Shown piece after piece: positions 1 to 10,100 of a DNA stretch of 64,000 nucleotides (positions are counted from its first letter, which is position 1; each line of letters opens with the position of its first letter). The notes beneath the pieces are model-generated. The model worked only from the letters and a program-made list of their open reading frames with translations, was not told where the DNA came from and made no database searches. Source of the DNA: Marsupella aquatica. Its lineage: Eukaryota; Plantae; Marchantiophyta. A program made the position numbers and the translations under genes. Where the stretch lies: the NCBI GenBank assembly GCA_973895155.1, contig OZ316894.1:9523440-9587439 (forward strand). Direction: 5' to 3'.

Positions 1-3000
1 GTCAGCCACATTACAAGGGACCTCCTCCCCCCCAACACTTGGACTGAAGTGGTGAGTGTTGGACAGAGGTAAGTGCACCTGGTCTGGATGCCATGTAGCA
101 GCACCATGGAGTGGTAGGGCTGGAACTCCTGATGCTAGATGAATGTACATCTGAAAAAGGATGCAAGTGACCAAAAGCCAAGTGAGAGCATTAAGATCCA
201 TTACCCTGCCAAGTAAAGCATTCCTGGCCAGCCTGGTGATTTTGGTGTGACCTGTAGTACTGGGTTGGAAGCCCATAGCCCGTTCTCTCTCCTCATGACT
301 AGGTTCATCCCATGTACCGGTAGAATGTCGATAAACCAGGCCAGGACCATCAGTGCCCTGAAAATCATGTGCACCTGGAAAGGACACAAATATAGGCCAA
401 GCAGCACGGGGCTGTCCAATGGTATTGGCTGGATACCAAGGTGCTGGCTCTTGCCGTGTAACTGGTTGGCAAGAACTGTCAGGATCCAAAATCTGGTCCA
501 CTGTGAGGTTAGTGTCCCTGGATGTGTGGTGAAGAGCTAACTCCAACAAGGAAGGTGGTGCAAGGTTAGTCCAAAAGTTACGAAGACGATGTGCATAAGA
601 ACCACAGTGCACTGCATCAATGAGAAGGGGTGGTCCCAAGTAGTGTTGGAGCACACTGAAATCCTCTTTGACCTGTGGACGCTGGTCAAACTGAGATGGA
701 GTATTCTCAATGATATAACCAACAGCAGGATAAAGGGATTGAGCCCAGGTGAGAATCTGAACCAATGCTGTGAAAAGGCCAGAACAAGAATCATGCAGTC
801 CAGCACCATGACCAGCAGCTGAAAACCCTTGGCATTCCCAACCAGCTATGATCAAATCAAGGGAGCCAAGAAGGGTTAAGTGCCGGTGCTAGACAAGCTG
901 GATATCTGGAGGAAAGAAAGAAAATGCAGACTTCCATGCACTATGTGGAAACTGCTGAGGAAATCGCTCTGAAAATTCCAGCAGACGGGATTCAGCCACT
1001 TGCCTTGCACCTGGATCAATATCCACATAGATGTAGTGCTTCACCACCATGCCAGACTGTAGGAGAGCTTCCAGGCCTATAGAAATGCCACCAAAAAGCT
1101 CAAGCAATGTAAGGCCATCCGGAGCAGGAGTCCATATAACTGGTGCGCTCAAGATTGGGGCTATTGGCTGTCCATTGTGCTGCCCAAGGTCTTCAAACTT
1201 GTGCAATGCAGCCACCAAAGGTCCATGGGCTGCTTGGAGCCGTTGTACCACCTTTGGTTGATGATCCACGTTGCTGGAAAGTGCTGCTATACATGCAGTA
1301 GCATGTGCAGCAGCCACCTCATCGTCATCCTCCTCAATCCAATCTTGCAATGGGTGGTTGACATAGGTAGCTGTGTGCACTGCTTTCAACACACATTGGT
1401 GAGCCATAGGTGTATGGGCACCATGCAAATCAAGTGGAATGTAGCCCAAGTGTGAGCCATCAGTATGCCAATCAACTCTGTAGTATGCATGCTCATGCCA
1501 GTTGTCAATGGTAAAACCTGGTGGGAACAAAGCCTCCTGGCCAATGAGCACATCATACGTAGTGGCATTAGTAACCAAACATCTGACTGGGAAATGCAGT
1601 TCTTGATCTGTACCTCCATTAAAAGTGAGAGTGAGTAAAGTAGACCTCTCACCCAGCACATCCTCCACAGTGCCACTAGCAGTCCGAATGTGCCACTTGG
1701 ATTGCTGTAAATGATCAGTCAACAGTCCCATCTTCTTGGCAAACTGAATGCCCAATATCACTGGTTGAGCACCTATGTCTAGCATGACCACCTGAGGAGT
1801 GTGACCCTCCAACTTGACCACTGAATTCCTGTTGTCAACAATGGCAATGGTGGTGGAAACTGAAGTCCTGTCACTAGGCACCACTCTCGGCAAATGATGA
1901 GGTGCCTTGTGAAGGGAGTTAGTGTCCACGGTCTTTCCACTCAACAACATAGCCAGGAAAGATGGAGCAGCATGACCAGAATCAAGTGTAGCTCTGGTCA
2001 CACAATCAGCAGCAATCGGTACTGGGGCAGCCAAACCAGTGGAAACATGTAAAGGAGAAGAAGAAGGTCCAGTATGTACATGAGATTGGACCTCAAAAAC
2101 TGGTGTCACAGGGGCTGATGAAGAATGCAGTGAGCCCTCTAGCGCTCTGATGACAGCTCTAGCATCCAGCTGTAAATCATGACAACTGAAAAGTGGAGTT
2201 GTAAGAATCCTTTGTGCCATACCGGAGGTGAAATGCTCAAGCAGCTCAAGAGAAACAACTCCCTGTGAAATGTCAGCAGCACCTGGTGGTGGAATGGATG
2301 TAGCTGCAGCTCCCTCCCCCCTCGCCAACAAGGTGCGCTCTTCAGCAAGTGTGAGTGGCTGAAAAGATTGGGGCATGACAGCCCGAGCTCCCCTGGCTCT
2401 AGTCATAGGACCGGCAGCAAGACCATCAGCCTGTACAATGCAGCGTGTGAGAGCAATACGGGGGGCAGCATTGGCGTGCTGGGAAGCAAAATAAGAAGGG
2501 CAGAAGGAATCTGAAAATTCTGCTATAAGGCCAGGCTGTGTAGCAGAGGACAGCACACACTCACCCATATGAGCATCAAAGGGCAAGCCATAGAAAGAGC
2601 GGGGTAGAGGTGCTAAACTGTCAGTGGTGCCTAGGCCAGGGATGGGTTGCACGTGACCAGCCGGTTGAGAAGGACCAGTAGAGGCAGTTGACTTGCCTTT
2701 GATGTTGGCAAGTTGGGCACGTAGGGACTCAACCTCATGAGTCAGAGACTAGAGTTGAGTTGCGTGTGCGTTGTGAGCCTCCTTCTGAGCTGGTTGCTTT
2801 TGTTGCTACTTGGGCAATTTGTTAGCACCGGGTGCTTTGCCACTGGAAGGAGGAGCAACTGAGGCAATAGGAGCCCTCCTAGCTGGTGGGGGAGTGGAAG
2901 CAGGAGCAGGATGAGGGGTTTGCTGTCGTAGTTGCTTCCTCTCTGGGAATTGGGCAAAACAAACTGCCTCCAAGTGGCCCACTCTCCCACAAAAATCACA

Positions 3001-4201
3001 AGACATGTCCTCAGCAACAATATCACATTCATTAGCCTTGTGATTGGGTTACCATAGTAGTTGCAAGATGGCAGCATGAAAGCAGCATGGGCTGGCTTGG
3101 TCTTGGAACCATACTATGGCACACGGGAAGGAGTGGCCAGTGTAGGGGCAGCAGCCTGGTACCTGGATCGCGGTGGACGTGCAATACTGCCTCATAATGT
3201 GCATGGGCCAGCTCAAGTTTCTCAGCAGTGTCATAGACATTGAGCAGGGTGTAGCTGTCTCCAAACTCTAAGAATACTTGCTGCAACACTTGCGAATGGA
3301 AAGCTGGTGTGCCCTCCAATGTGTGAAGATAGCGATGAGCAGCTTCCAGGTCAGTGATGCTCTGGGTGTCCTCCTTCAGCTTGAGAAGTCGGCGATACAT
3401 CATCTTTAATGTTTCATCGCGCTGCCTCACAAAGGTGGCCAACTACATGATTTTGTCAGCACTCTTGATTAGGAATTCCAATTCAAGAACCTGGAAAAAC
3501 TCAGCCACCGGATCAGCAAAGGTAGGAGAATCAATGGTGGGAGAAATGCCTGATGTAGCCTGTGCCAAGACAGTGGGAGTAACTGGCGCAGTGGTAGGAA
3601 CTGGAGTAGGAGGGGAAGTGGCAGGAGCAGCAGCATGGGCTGCAATGGCATTCTGTAAGGCCAATTATGAGGCAGCCGCAATTGCACTGGCATAGGTAGG
3701 GTTAGGCAACTGTGTGACAGCAAGCAGCTATTGAGAGTGCTGCTCATACACATCTAAAGCCTCATGGTGCACATACCTGGCTAGTTGCTTAAATGCAAAA
3801 GCATTTGTGAAATTGTTGTCGTACTTCAACTCCAATTCGTCAACGACAATGTAAAAAGTGGATTTGAACTCACGTAAAGAAACAGTGCCTGGCCGTCCGC
3901 TGAAGCGCTCAATGCGGCCAGATGAGTGGCTAGCATCCATGTTGTATGTCGGTGAAGTTGGAACAACCACTGATGCAGAAGGGGTAAATGGCAAGGAAGT
4001 GATAGCAGGCTTCGGGTTAGTGGTGAAGCGACCGCCAAATTGAGCAGAAGGATTGTGTGGTGTGGGTGCTACTGCTTGCGGACGTCGTCAAAATTGCCGA
4101 GACTCCAATGAAATTGGCACCAATGGTCGTGGATCACTCCGTAAATGGTACCTGGGTGTCGGTGGCAATGTGCTGCTACCTCCTGGCTCATCGGCTGACA
4201 T
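1..4201 (-). pseudogene. Disrupted gag-pol polyprotein: Gag, 2x CCHC zinc knuckle, aspartic protease, cytosine-5 DNA methyltransferase
   Basis: Manual translation from ATG 4201 (MSADEPGG...). Gag-like IERFSGRPGTVSLREF and FVRQRDETLKMMYRRL; knuckles CNY(Y)GNPNHKANEC and CDFCGRVGHLEAVC (~3063-2960); protease VMLD(I)GAQPVILG...YDVLIGQEAL (~1790-1530); DNMT from ~1115. In-frame stops at 4088, 3728, 3665, 3443, 3114, 2806, 2749 and 889, and two frameshifts near 3180 and 3045. Confidence 0.88.
190..1115 (-). pseudogene. C5-cytosine DNA methyltransferase domain within the retroelement polyprotein (one premature TAG at 889-891)
   Basis: Motifs in canonical order, all in one frame across the TAG: I LLELFGGISIG, II YIYVDID, IV DLIIAGWECQGFS, VI YIIENT, VIII AHRLRNFWTN, IX EERERAMGF, X RNALLGRVMD. 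Confidence 0.92.
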
Positions 4202-4669
4202 GCTGCATGCTCACCCGGGGTGCCAATGGGAAAGAAATTGACAACAAAAAAGAATGGCAGCCCCCAAGGCTAAGAAATAAAACCCACAAAGGGAACAAAC
4301 AGTGCGAGGTAGAAATGTGTCGAATGTGTAAACACACAGAAAAACCGTTGGCAAAGAAAAGACCCTTAAAAACTCCGGAAAGGCCTAATGTTGGCAGCAG
4401 TAAAGAAATCCGGGAAAAGAAAATAGAAGTGGCCCCCCTTAAGTGTATACATCGGGGCCCTGTGTGGACCCAGAAACCGGCAGCCGGCCGGCCGATTGTG
4501 TAAACACACTCTGGGCCCGGCGCCCTATGCACAGGCAGCCTGTGGAGGCCCTATGCAGGTCGTTGCGAGGTGGAAGGAAAGACAACTGCCGAAAAGAAAA
4601 GACAGACAGGCGGATTACGAGGCGGAAAGGAGGCGAGGCGGGAGGCGATGCAAAAGAAACCGGGCCAAA

Positions 4670-5090
4670 CCGGGCCCTCTTAATGGCATGAGCCCTCCCA
4701 TAGGGCTTCGTGCCCCACCTTAAGAGCTTCCGAAGGGAAGCTACGAACTCCCCCTCCCCTCCTTAATGAAATTGGGCCTGGTGCCCTGGTGACAGTATTC
4801 CCAAAGGGAACGGAGTCGAGTGTACTCCCCCTCCTCCCTTTAATGCTTCATAGGGCTGTGTGCCCTCTCCTCTCGCACTCTCGCAACCTCGCTTCAACTC
4901 CTCCCCCTCGTTAATGCTGAATGGGGCCTTGTGCCTGGCAGAAGGCTCCCGTGTGAGGGAGTTCGAATTGAACTCCCCTCCCCTCCTTTAATGCTGCCTA
5001 GGGCCTTGCGCCCCCCCTTCTCCTTATGCTTGTGCTCGGCTCCCCCTCCTGCCAACAGCTCCTATTAAGACCAGGGCACGATGCCCTATG
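4670..5090. repeat. Array of six degenerate ~71-79-bp units in the retroelement 5' leader
   Basis: Each unit is a CTCCCC-rich tract, then TTAA(TG), then GGGC-N5-GCCC. Dyads start at 4703, 4774, 4853, 4924 (GCCT), 5001 and 5074; the intervening sequence varies. Confidence 0.85.
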
Positions 5091-5318
5091 TGCGTAAGGC
5101 GGAGCAAAAGGAGCGTGCGCGGCCCTATGTGCGGCCCAGGGGCATTGATGGGCCCCGAATGTGTGTATACACAGGCAGGGTAGCTGCCGGACCGGAAGCA
5201 GCTCGCGATGGCAGCTGCCGAGTAAAGAAAAAGGGGTCGCGGCCGGGGAATAGCTCACGACGGAAATTGACCGGGGAACACCAAAAAAACGGCCTCACGT
5301 ATGTCGATCAGCAGCAAG

Positions 5319-5330
5319 TCGCCTCCACTT
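5319..5330 (-). promoter_or_regulatory. Putative primer-binding site
   Basis: The minus strand reads ...CTATCACA AAG TGGAGGCGAC, i.e. TGG (complement of tRNA CCA) 3 nt after the putative LTR end. Confidence 0.55.
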
Positions 5331-5763
5331 TGTGATAGTCGATTGGCAGTCGTAAGTAGGTCGTGCTGCGGCCGACGGAGGCAACACTCAACGGAAGGGA
5401 TCACGGACGCAACTTGGAAGGAAAAGCTGGGTTCCAATAGAAGCGTTATGTGTATACTTACACATAACGCGACATTAAAACCATAATTTCAACCCGTTCC
5501 TCCATTGTTGCTCAAAGAAATTGCACCGACTTCGACGGGAATTGTCTGGACCGATATAAGCAGCTGAGACAAGAATGTCTCCTACCTTCTTCCCCTCGCC
5601 GGCAACTCGACAGTTCTTCTTGAATAAAAGGCGTAAGAGAAACAATTGTACTGAAATCGAATCGAAAACCGGCAGGATGCCAAGATCGGCCGGGAGCATC
5701 TAACAAATCTCTATGTGAATCCCGTGTACGGAACCGACGAGCACTGTCTGAGCTCTGTCAACA
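5331..5763 (-). repeat. Putative 5' LTR (~430 bp)
   Basis: TG...CA ends with imperfect inverted termini (TGTTGACAG / CTATCACA), adjacent PBS, TATA-like GCTTATAT near 5555. The second LTR is outside the window, so the outer boundary is tentative. Confidence 0.55.
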
Positions 5764-6271
5764 ACGATTCAAGAAGAACTGAAAACCAACAAAGAAAGAC
5801 ATGCCCTAAGTAGATCAAGTCAAGACGTCACACTAACAAGCACGTTTTGCTTCAAGAACGGCCCAGATTTGCTACAAGAACATGACACTAACTCAAGTAG
5901 TACACTAGCCCTAACTACATACCTAGCGGGCATGCAAGGGACATGCCGATGTGCACAAGCGGCACTGTCCCTCGGCATGACAATCAGCCATATGCCATGA
6001 TCATAAGTCCCTCTAGAGGCTAGTGGACTTATGATCATGCCAAAAAGCTGTTGCCATTGTTTATGGCCAAAAACCCTAAAAAATATAAAATAACCTTGTG
6101 AAAAAAGCTATGGCCATCTGTTTATGGCGAAAATCAGCAGCTATAACTAAGAACTGTAAGATGTGCTATTAGAGTTCACTGAATGTTAAATATATTGTAG
6201 GCCATTTAGGTCTCTAAGGACATTATTGGGCCTCTTTGGTGAACATAAGTGTGAGTAGAGTGAGCGCTTCA

Positions 6272-6440
6272 TTTTCTACACAAGCGTCTTCAAACGTTTG
6301 CTCAATGGTAAAAAATGAAACAAACTCATTTTTCAAGAAGGCGCTGCAGTTTTCTACACAAGAGTCTTGAAAAGTTTGCTCAATGGTAATAAAACAAAAC
6401 AAACTCATTTTTCAAGAAGGCGCTGCAGTTTTCTACACAC
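6272..6440. repeat. ~80-bp tandem duplication
   Basis: TTTTCTACACAAG..GTTTGCTCAATGGTAA..AACAAACTCATTTTTCAAGAAGGCGCTGCAG occurs twice head-to-tail. Confidence 0.85.
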
Positions 6441-7166
6441 TGCCTTGAGATTCTATGGCAATGATCTTTTGCTGATTGAGTCTGGGTCTTATGGGACAGT
6501 TGTTGTGGAATCCTATTTTTGGCAAGGAGCATTGCTCTTGTTACAAAGAGTGTTTCAAGTAATTTTGTTGCTGCATAGCATGCCTCGGACATTTTAATTT
6601 GTGGGAGTGTTGTTGTTCAATCATGCTTTTCAAAGAGCATTGACCTTGTTAAAAGGAGCACTTCAAGTACTTTTGCAATGATTATAATACTGGAGATTTT
6701 AATTTGTGCCTGCTTATACTGTGGTAGGCATGCAACATTGTTTCCCCGCCAGTAGTGTAAAAGGAATGCAAGTGAGCAGCAGCTGAGAATATTTTCTTAT
6801 GCATTTACAATCTGTTTCTCTCACTATTTGGCATAATGTGGTGGTGACTGTGTCACAATCCATGGGGATTGCCAGTGACTACCCTTGGTCAGAACATGCT
6901 CTATCCTTTCTTTCCAGATTTTGAGTCATAAGTCTACATAGGGGGAGTATGCGGGATTTCGAGTCATGAGTCTACATAGGGGGCAACCCTTTCTTCACGA
7001 TTGTAGTTTTATGCTTTCGACCATGTCTGAAGTGGAAAGAATCTTCCTCAAATTATTTACGCATTTATTGCATGATTTTGCATTTTTTTGTGTACATCCT
7101 GACATCAGGGATCAAAGCTGGGCTAATCTGGCTCTAAACTTGTCCGGTAGATAGAAGAACCAAGCT

Positions 7167-10100
7167 TCAGGCAGCTATCAATCTCATACTGAAGTCCCAC
7201 AGCTTCTGTTGCAGTTCTTCCTCAAGAGCATATTTATATTTCAATTCATACTCCTTGCCATTCGCAAAGTATTTCCCTGTTATTCCTTTCACATGAGGGC
7301 TTACGGATAGAAACGTCTGGAGAGAAGCACCCTGCATTCAAACCAACGCAAAACTTTTAGAACCAAATTATCTACTTCCACACGGGGTCTCATTAGAATG
7401 GTAGATAAAACACAAGCAACAGAACACCTAGAAATAGGTGGTAGCAGAGGAATCAATGAAACTGAAAGTGCTAATATCAATTGCTCGGGGGTCTCACTAT
7501 ATGGAGGACCCCCCCATCACCTGCGACGTTTTCATGCCTAGACCCCCATACTTATTAAGTTAAAAAAAAAAATTCCTCCCTCTTTCTTTCTTCTAAGAGT
7601 CTAAAATCCAATTTGTATTGCCCCTATAATTTGTGAAGTAAAGTGTCACATATCAATAAAAAATGCCTAGAAAGAAAAGATAAGTCTATGTCAGTACCTT
7701 GTGAAGTCGTATGTCAGACATGGCACGCCCTGTAACAGTTCTTGCACACGGGAGTGCACTAGCTCGCCTCCACAACAAAGGCACCAAAACCCGATCGCCA
7801 ACAGCAGCTTTTAGCAGCCCAAATCCGTGCAGTAGCCCAGCGCTGCAAGTGCAGCTCAATGGAGCTCAAGGAAGTACGTGTAGCCCAGCTCAATGTGCAC
7901 CTCAGCTCAGCTCAATGCAGCCCAGCTCAATGCAACCTAGCGCAGCTCAATGCAGCCCAGCACAGCTCAGCTCTAGCTCGGATTGCAGCCCAGCTCAACC
8001 AGATTACAACTCTGAACTCGATCGCAACCCCAACTCGCAGCCCACCTCGCAGCCACCTCGTAGCCCACCTCGCAGCCACCTCGCAGCCCACCTCACAACC
8101 CACCTCGCAGCCCACTATCGATCAATAGAAACTGTAGTTCAACATTGATCATAACCTGCAACAGCCCGATTCATAGCACTTCTTCTGGATCAACACAAAG
8201 CAAGCAGTAAAAAGTGAGCAACACAAACCCGATCGCCAACAACACCTTTAGCAGCCCAAATCCATGCAGTAGCCCAGCGCTGCAAGCGCAGCTCAATGGA
8301 GCTCAGCATAGTACGTGTAGCCTAGCTCAATGTGCACCTCAGCTCAATGCGCAACCCAACTCAATGCAGCCTAGCGCAGCTCAATGCAGCCCAGCGCAGC
8401 TAAGCTCTAGCTCGGATTGCAACCTAGCTCAACCAGATTGCAGCTCAACTCTGAACTTGATCGCAACCCACCTCGCAGCCACCTCGCAGCCCACTATCAA
8501 TCAATAGAAACTGTAGCTCACATTGATCATAACCTACAGCAGCCCGATTCATAGCACTTCGTCTCGATCAATACAAAGCAAGCAGCAAAAAACGAGCAGC
8601 ACAAACAAAAGAAACTAAGGATGATTGTTGAAGCAAGCAAGATCGAGCACTCCCATACCTGAACTGAATAGAGCAGCACTTGAACTCTTTGAGCAAGCAG
8701 GTGCGACTCCCGTTTGAGCAACCCTCACAGCGCAGCACCCCTGTGTGTGCAAGCAGCAATGGAGCACTTCGAGCAAGCAATGCGCACCTCCCGTTCAGGC
8801 CCCGTTTCAGCAAGGGCCGCATACACTCCTATGTGTGCAAGCAGCAAGCACCAATGCAAGACTCCCGTTAGCAGCGCAGCACTCCCGTTAGCAATGCAGC
8901 ACTCCCGTTAGCAACATAGCACTCCCTTTGGACAAACAAGATGCTATGGAGGCATGCGAGGAACAAATTGGGCGCTAACCAGGGACATTCAAAATGGTCC
9001 CCCAAAAACCCTAAACATGGAGGCCGGGTACGAGTCGAAACCTACCCCACTCTCGTATATACCCCATCCAAAACTCTTGCCATGTCTCAAATATGTAGAC
9101 TACCCAATTGAGTACCCCCTATTTTGAAATGGGTGCCACGTGTCCCAATCCGATGGTGACACGTGTATACCTTGTTTTCTCATAAGATATTACCCTATCT
9201 TTCCTCAACCCATTCCATGGACATTGAACCCCCCCGCAAACAACCCTATCATTCTTTAAAGTGTATTTATGATTATATTGACCCCTATTGTTCTTACACA
9301 AATCTTCTTAAGTCTTTCCTATAATCTAATAAAATGACCCTACACTTTCTCGCACGTGATGTGCCGTTTTCGCGAAGTGAGACCCCCGAGATCAATTGTA
9401 CTGGAGACCTCACTTAAGTGTCCTGCCTCTTTGTGTTGCGAGTCATTCTATTCTCGTCAAGTCAAATCTTTTGGAATAGAATTACGGGAAACTCAGCAAA
9501 GTCTTCAGATTATGAAGATTTTGTTGTTACATCCTAACCAGAATATGAACTTCTAGTCTAGTTAGATTAGTTAGTCGTCTTGTAGACCTTGACTGCATGA
9601 TTGACGAGGAGCACACAATGGGATGATCTACAGAGTGATTGATCTGTGCTAAACGCAGCTTAATGGCTTCTGGCGGACAGGGTTTGTTACAAAATGTGGA
9701 GAGCATGTCAATTGACTAGAGGGAAGAATGTACGAAGAGTTAACTTACCTGGGAAGTAGTTAAACCGAATAATAAGAACGCAAAATTGATGACGGCTGCA
9801 AGTCACAACCGTAAAAAGAGGACTTCAGTGACCAAAACCAATCTGAACATCGGATGATGGCCTGTATAAACAAATCAACATTGTTCTTTACTTCAGAAAG
9901 TGTCGCAGTGATACTTACGCTTCATCCACGAAGGCGCTTGGACCGCAAGGTTCGTCCTTACCATACCAGGATGAAGGCTGTTTACTGTAACGTTCTTAAC
10001 ACCTTCATCCTGCGTTCAACAATGGACGTCAAATACGTACGCATCTTCAAAATTGAAAGAACCAGGGCACTTTGCTTAAACAGAAAGATGCAGGTAATGC

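Larger units (their letters stand above)
1..5763 (-). mobile_element. LTR retrotransposon (probably Ty3/Gypsy-like) carrying a C5 DNA methyltransferase; 5' part only, continues past the left window edge
   Basis: Putative 5' LTR 5763-5331 (TGTTGACAG...CTATCACA), then a PBS-like TGGAGGCGAC, a GC-rich leader and a gag-zinc knuckle-protease-DNMT frame from 4201. RT, RNase H and integrase are not in the window, so the superfamily is inferred. Confidence 0.85.

Noticed and set aside
39-52. TTGGACTGAAG resembling miR319
   Set aside because: Only an 11-nt match, inside the retroelement coding frame, with no precursor hairpin.
190-1115. Host DNMT gene (DRM/CMT/MET1/DNMT3)
   Set aside because: Intronless, in frame with a retroviral protease and Gag, no BAH/chromo/UBA/PWWP domain, and non-permuted motif order (unlike DRM).
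4670-5090. CRISPR array interpretation of the repeat-spacer pattern
   Set aside because: The repeats are degenerate and bipartite, the context is a eukaryotic retroelement leader, and no cas genes are present; kept only as a structured repeat array.
7711-8507. S/P/Q/A-rich ORFs 7711-8148 and 8214-8507
   Set aside because: They are translations of low-complexity internal repeats of the intronic TIR element, antisense to the SDR gene.
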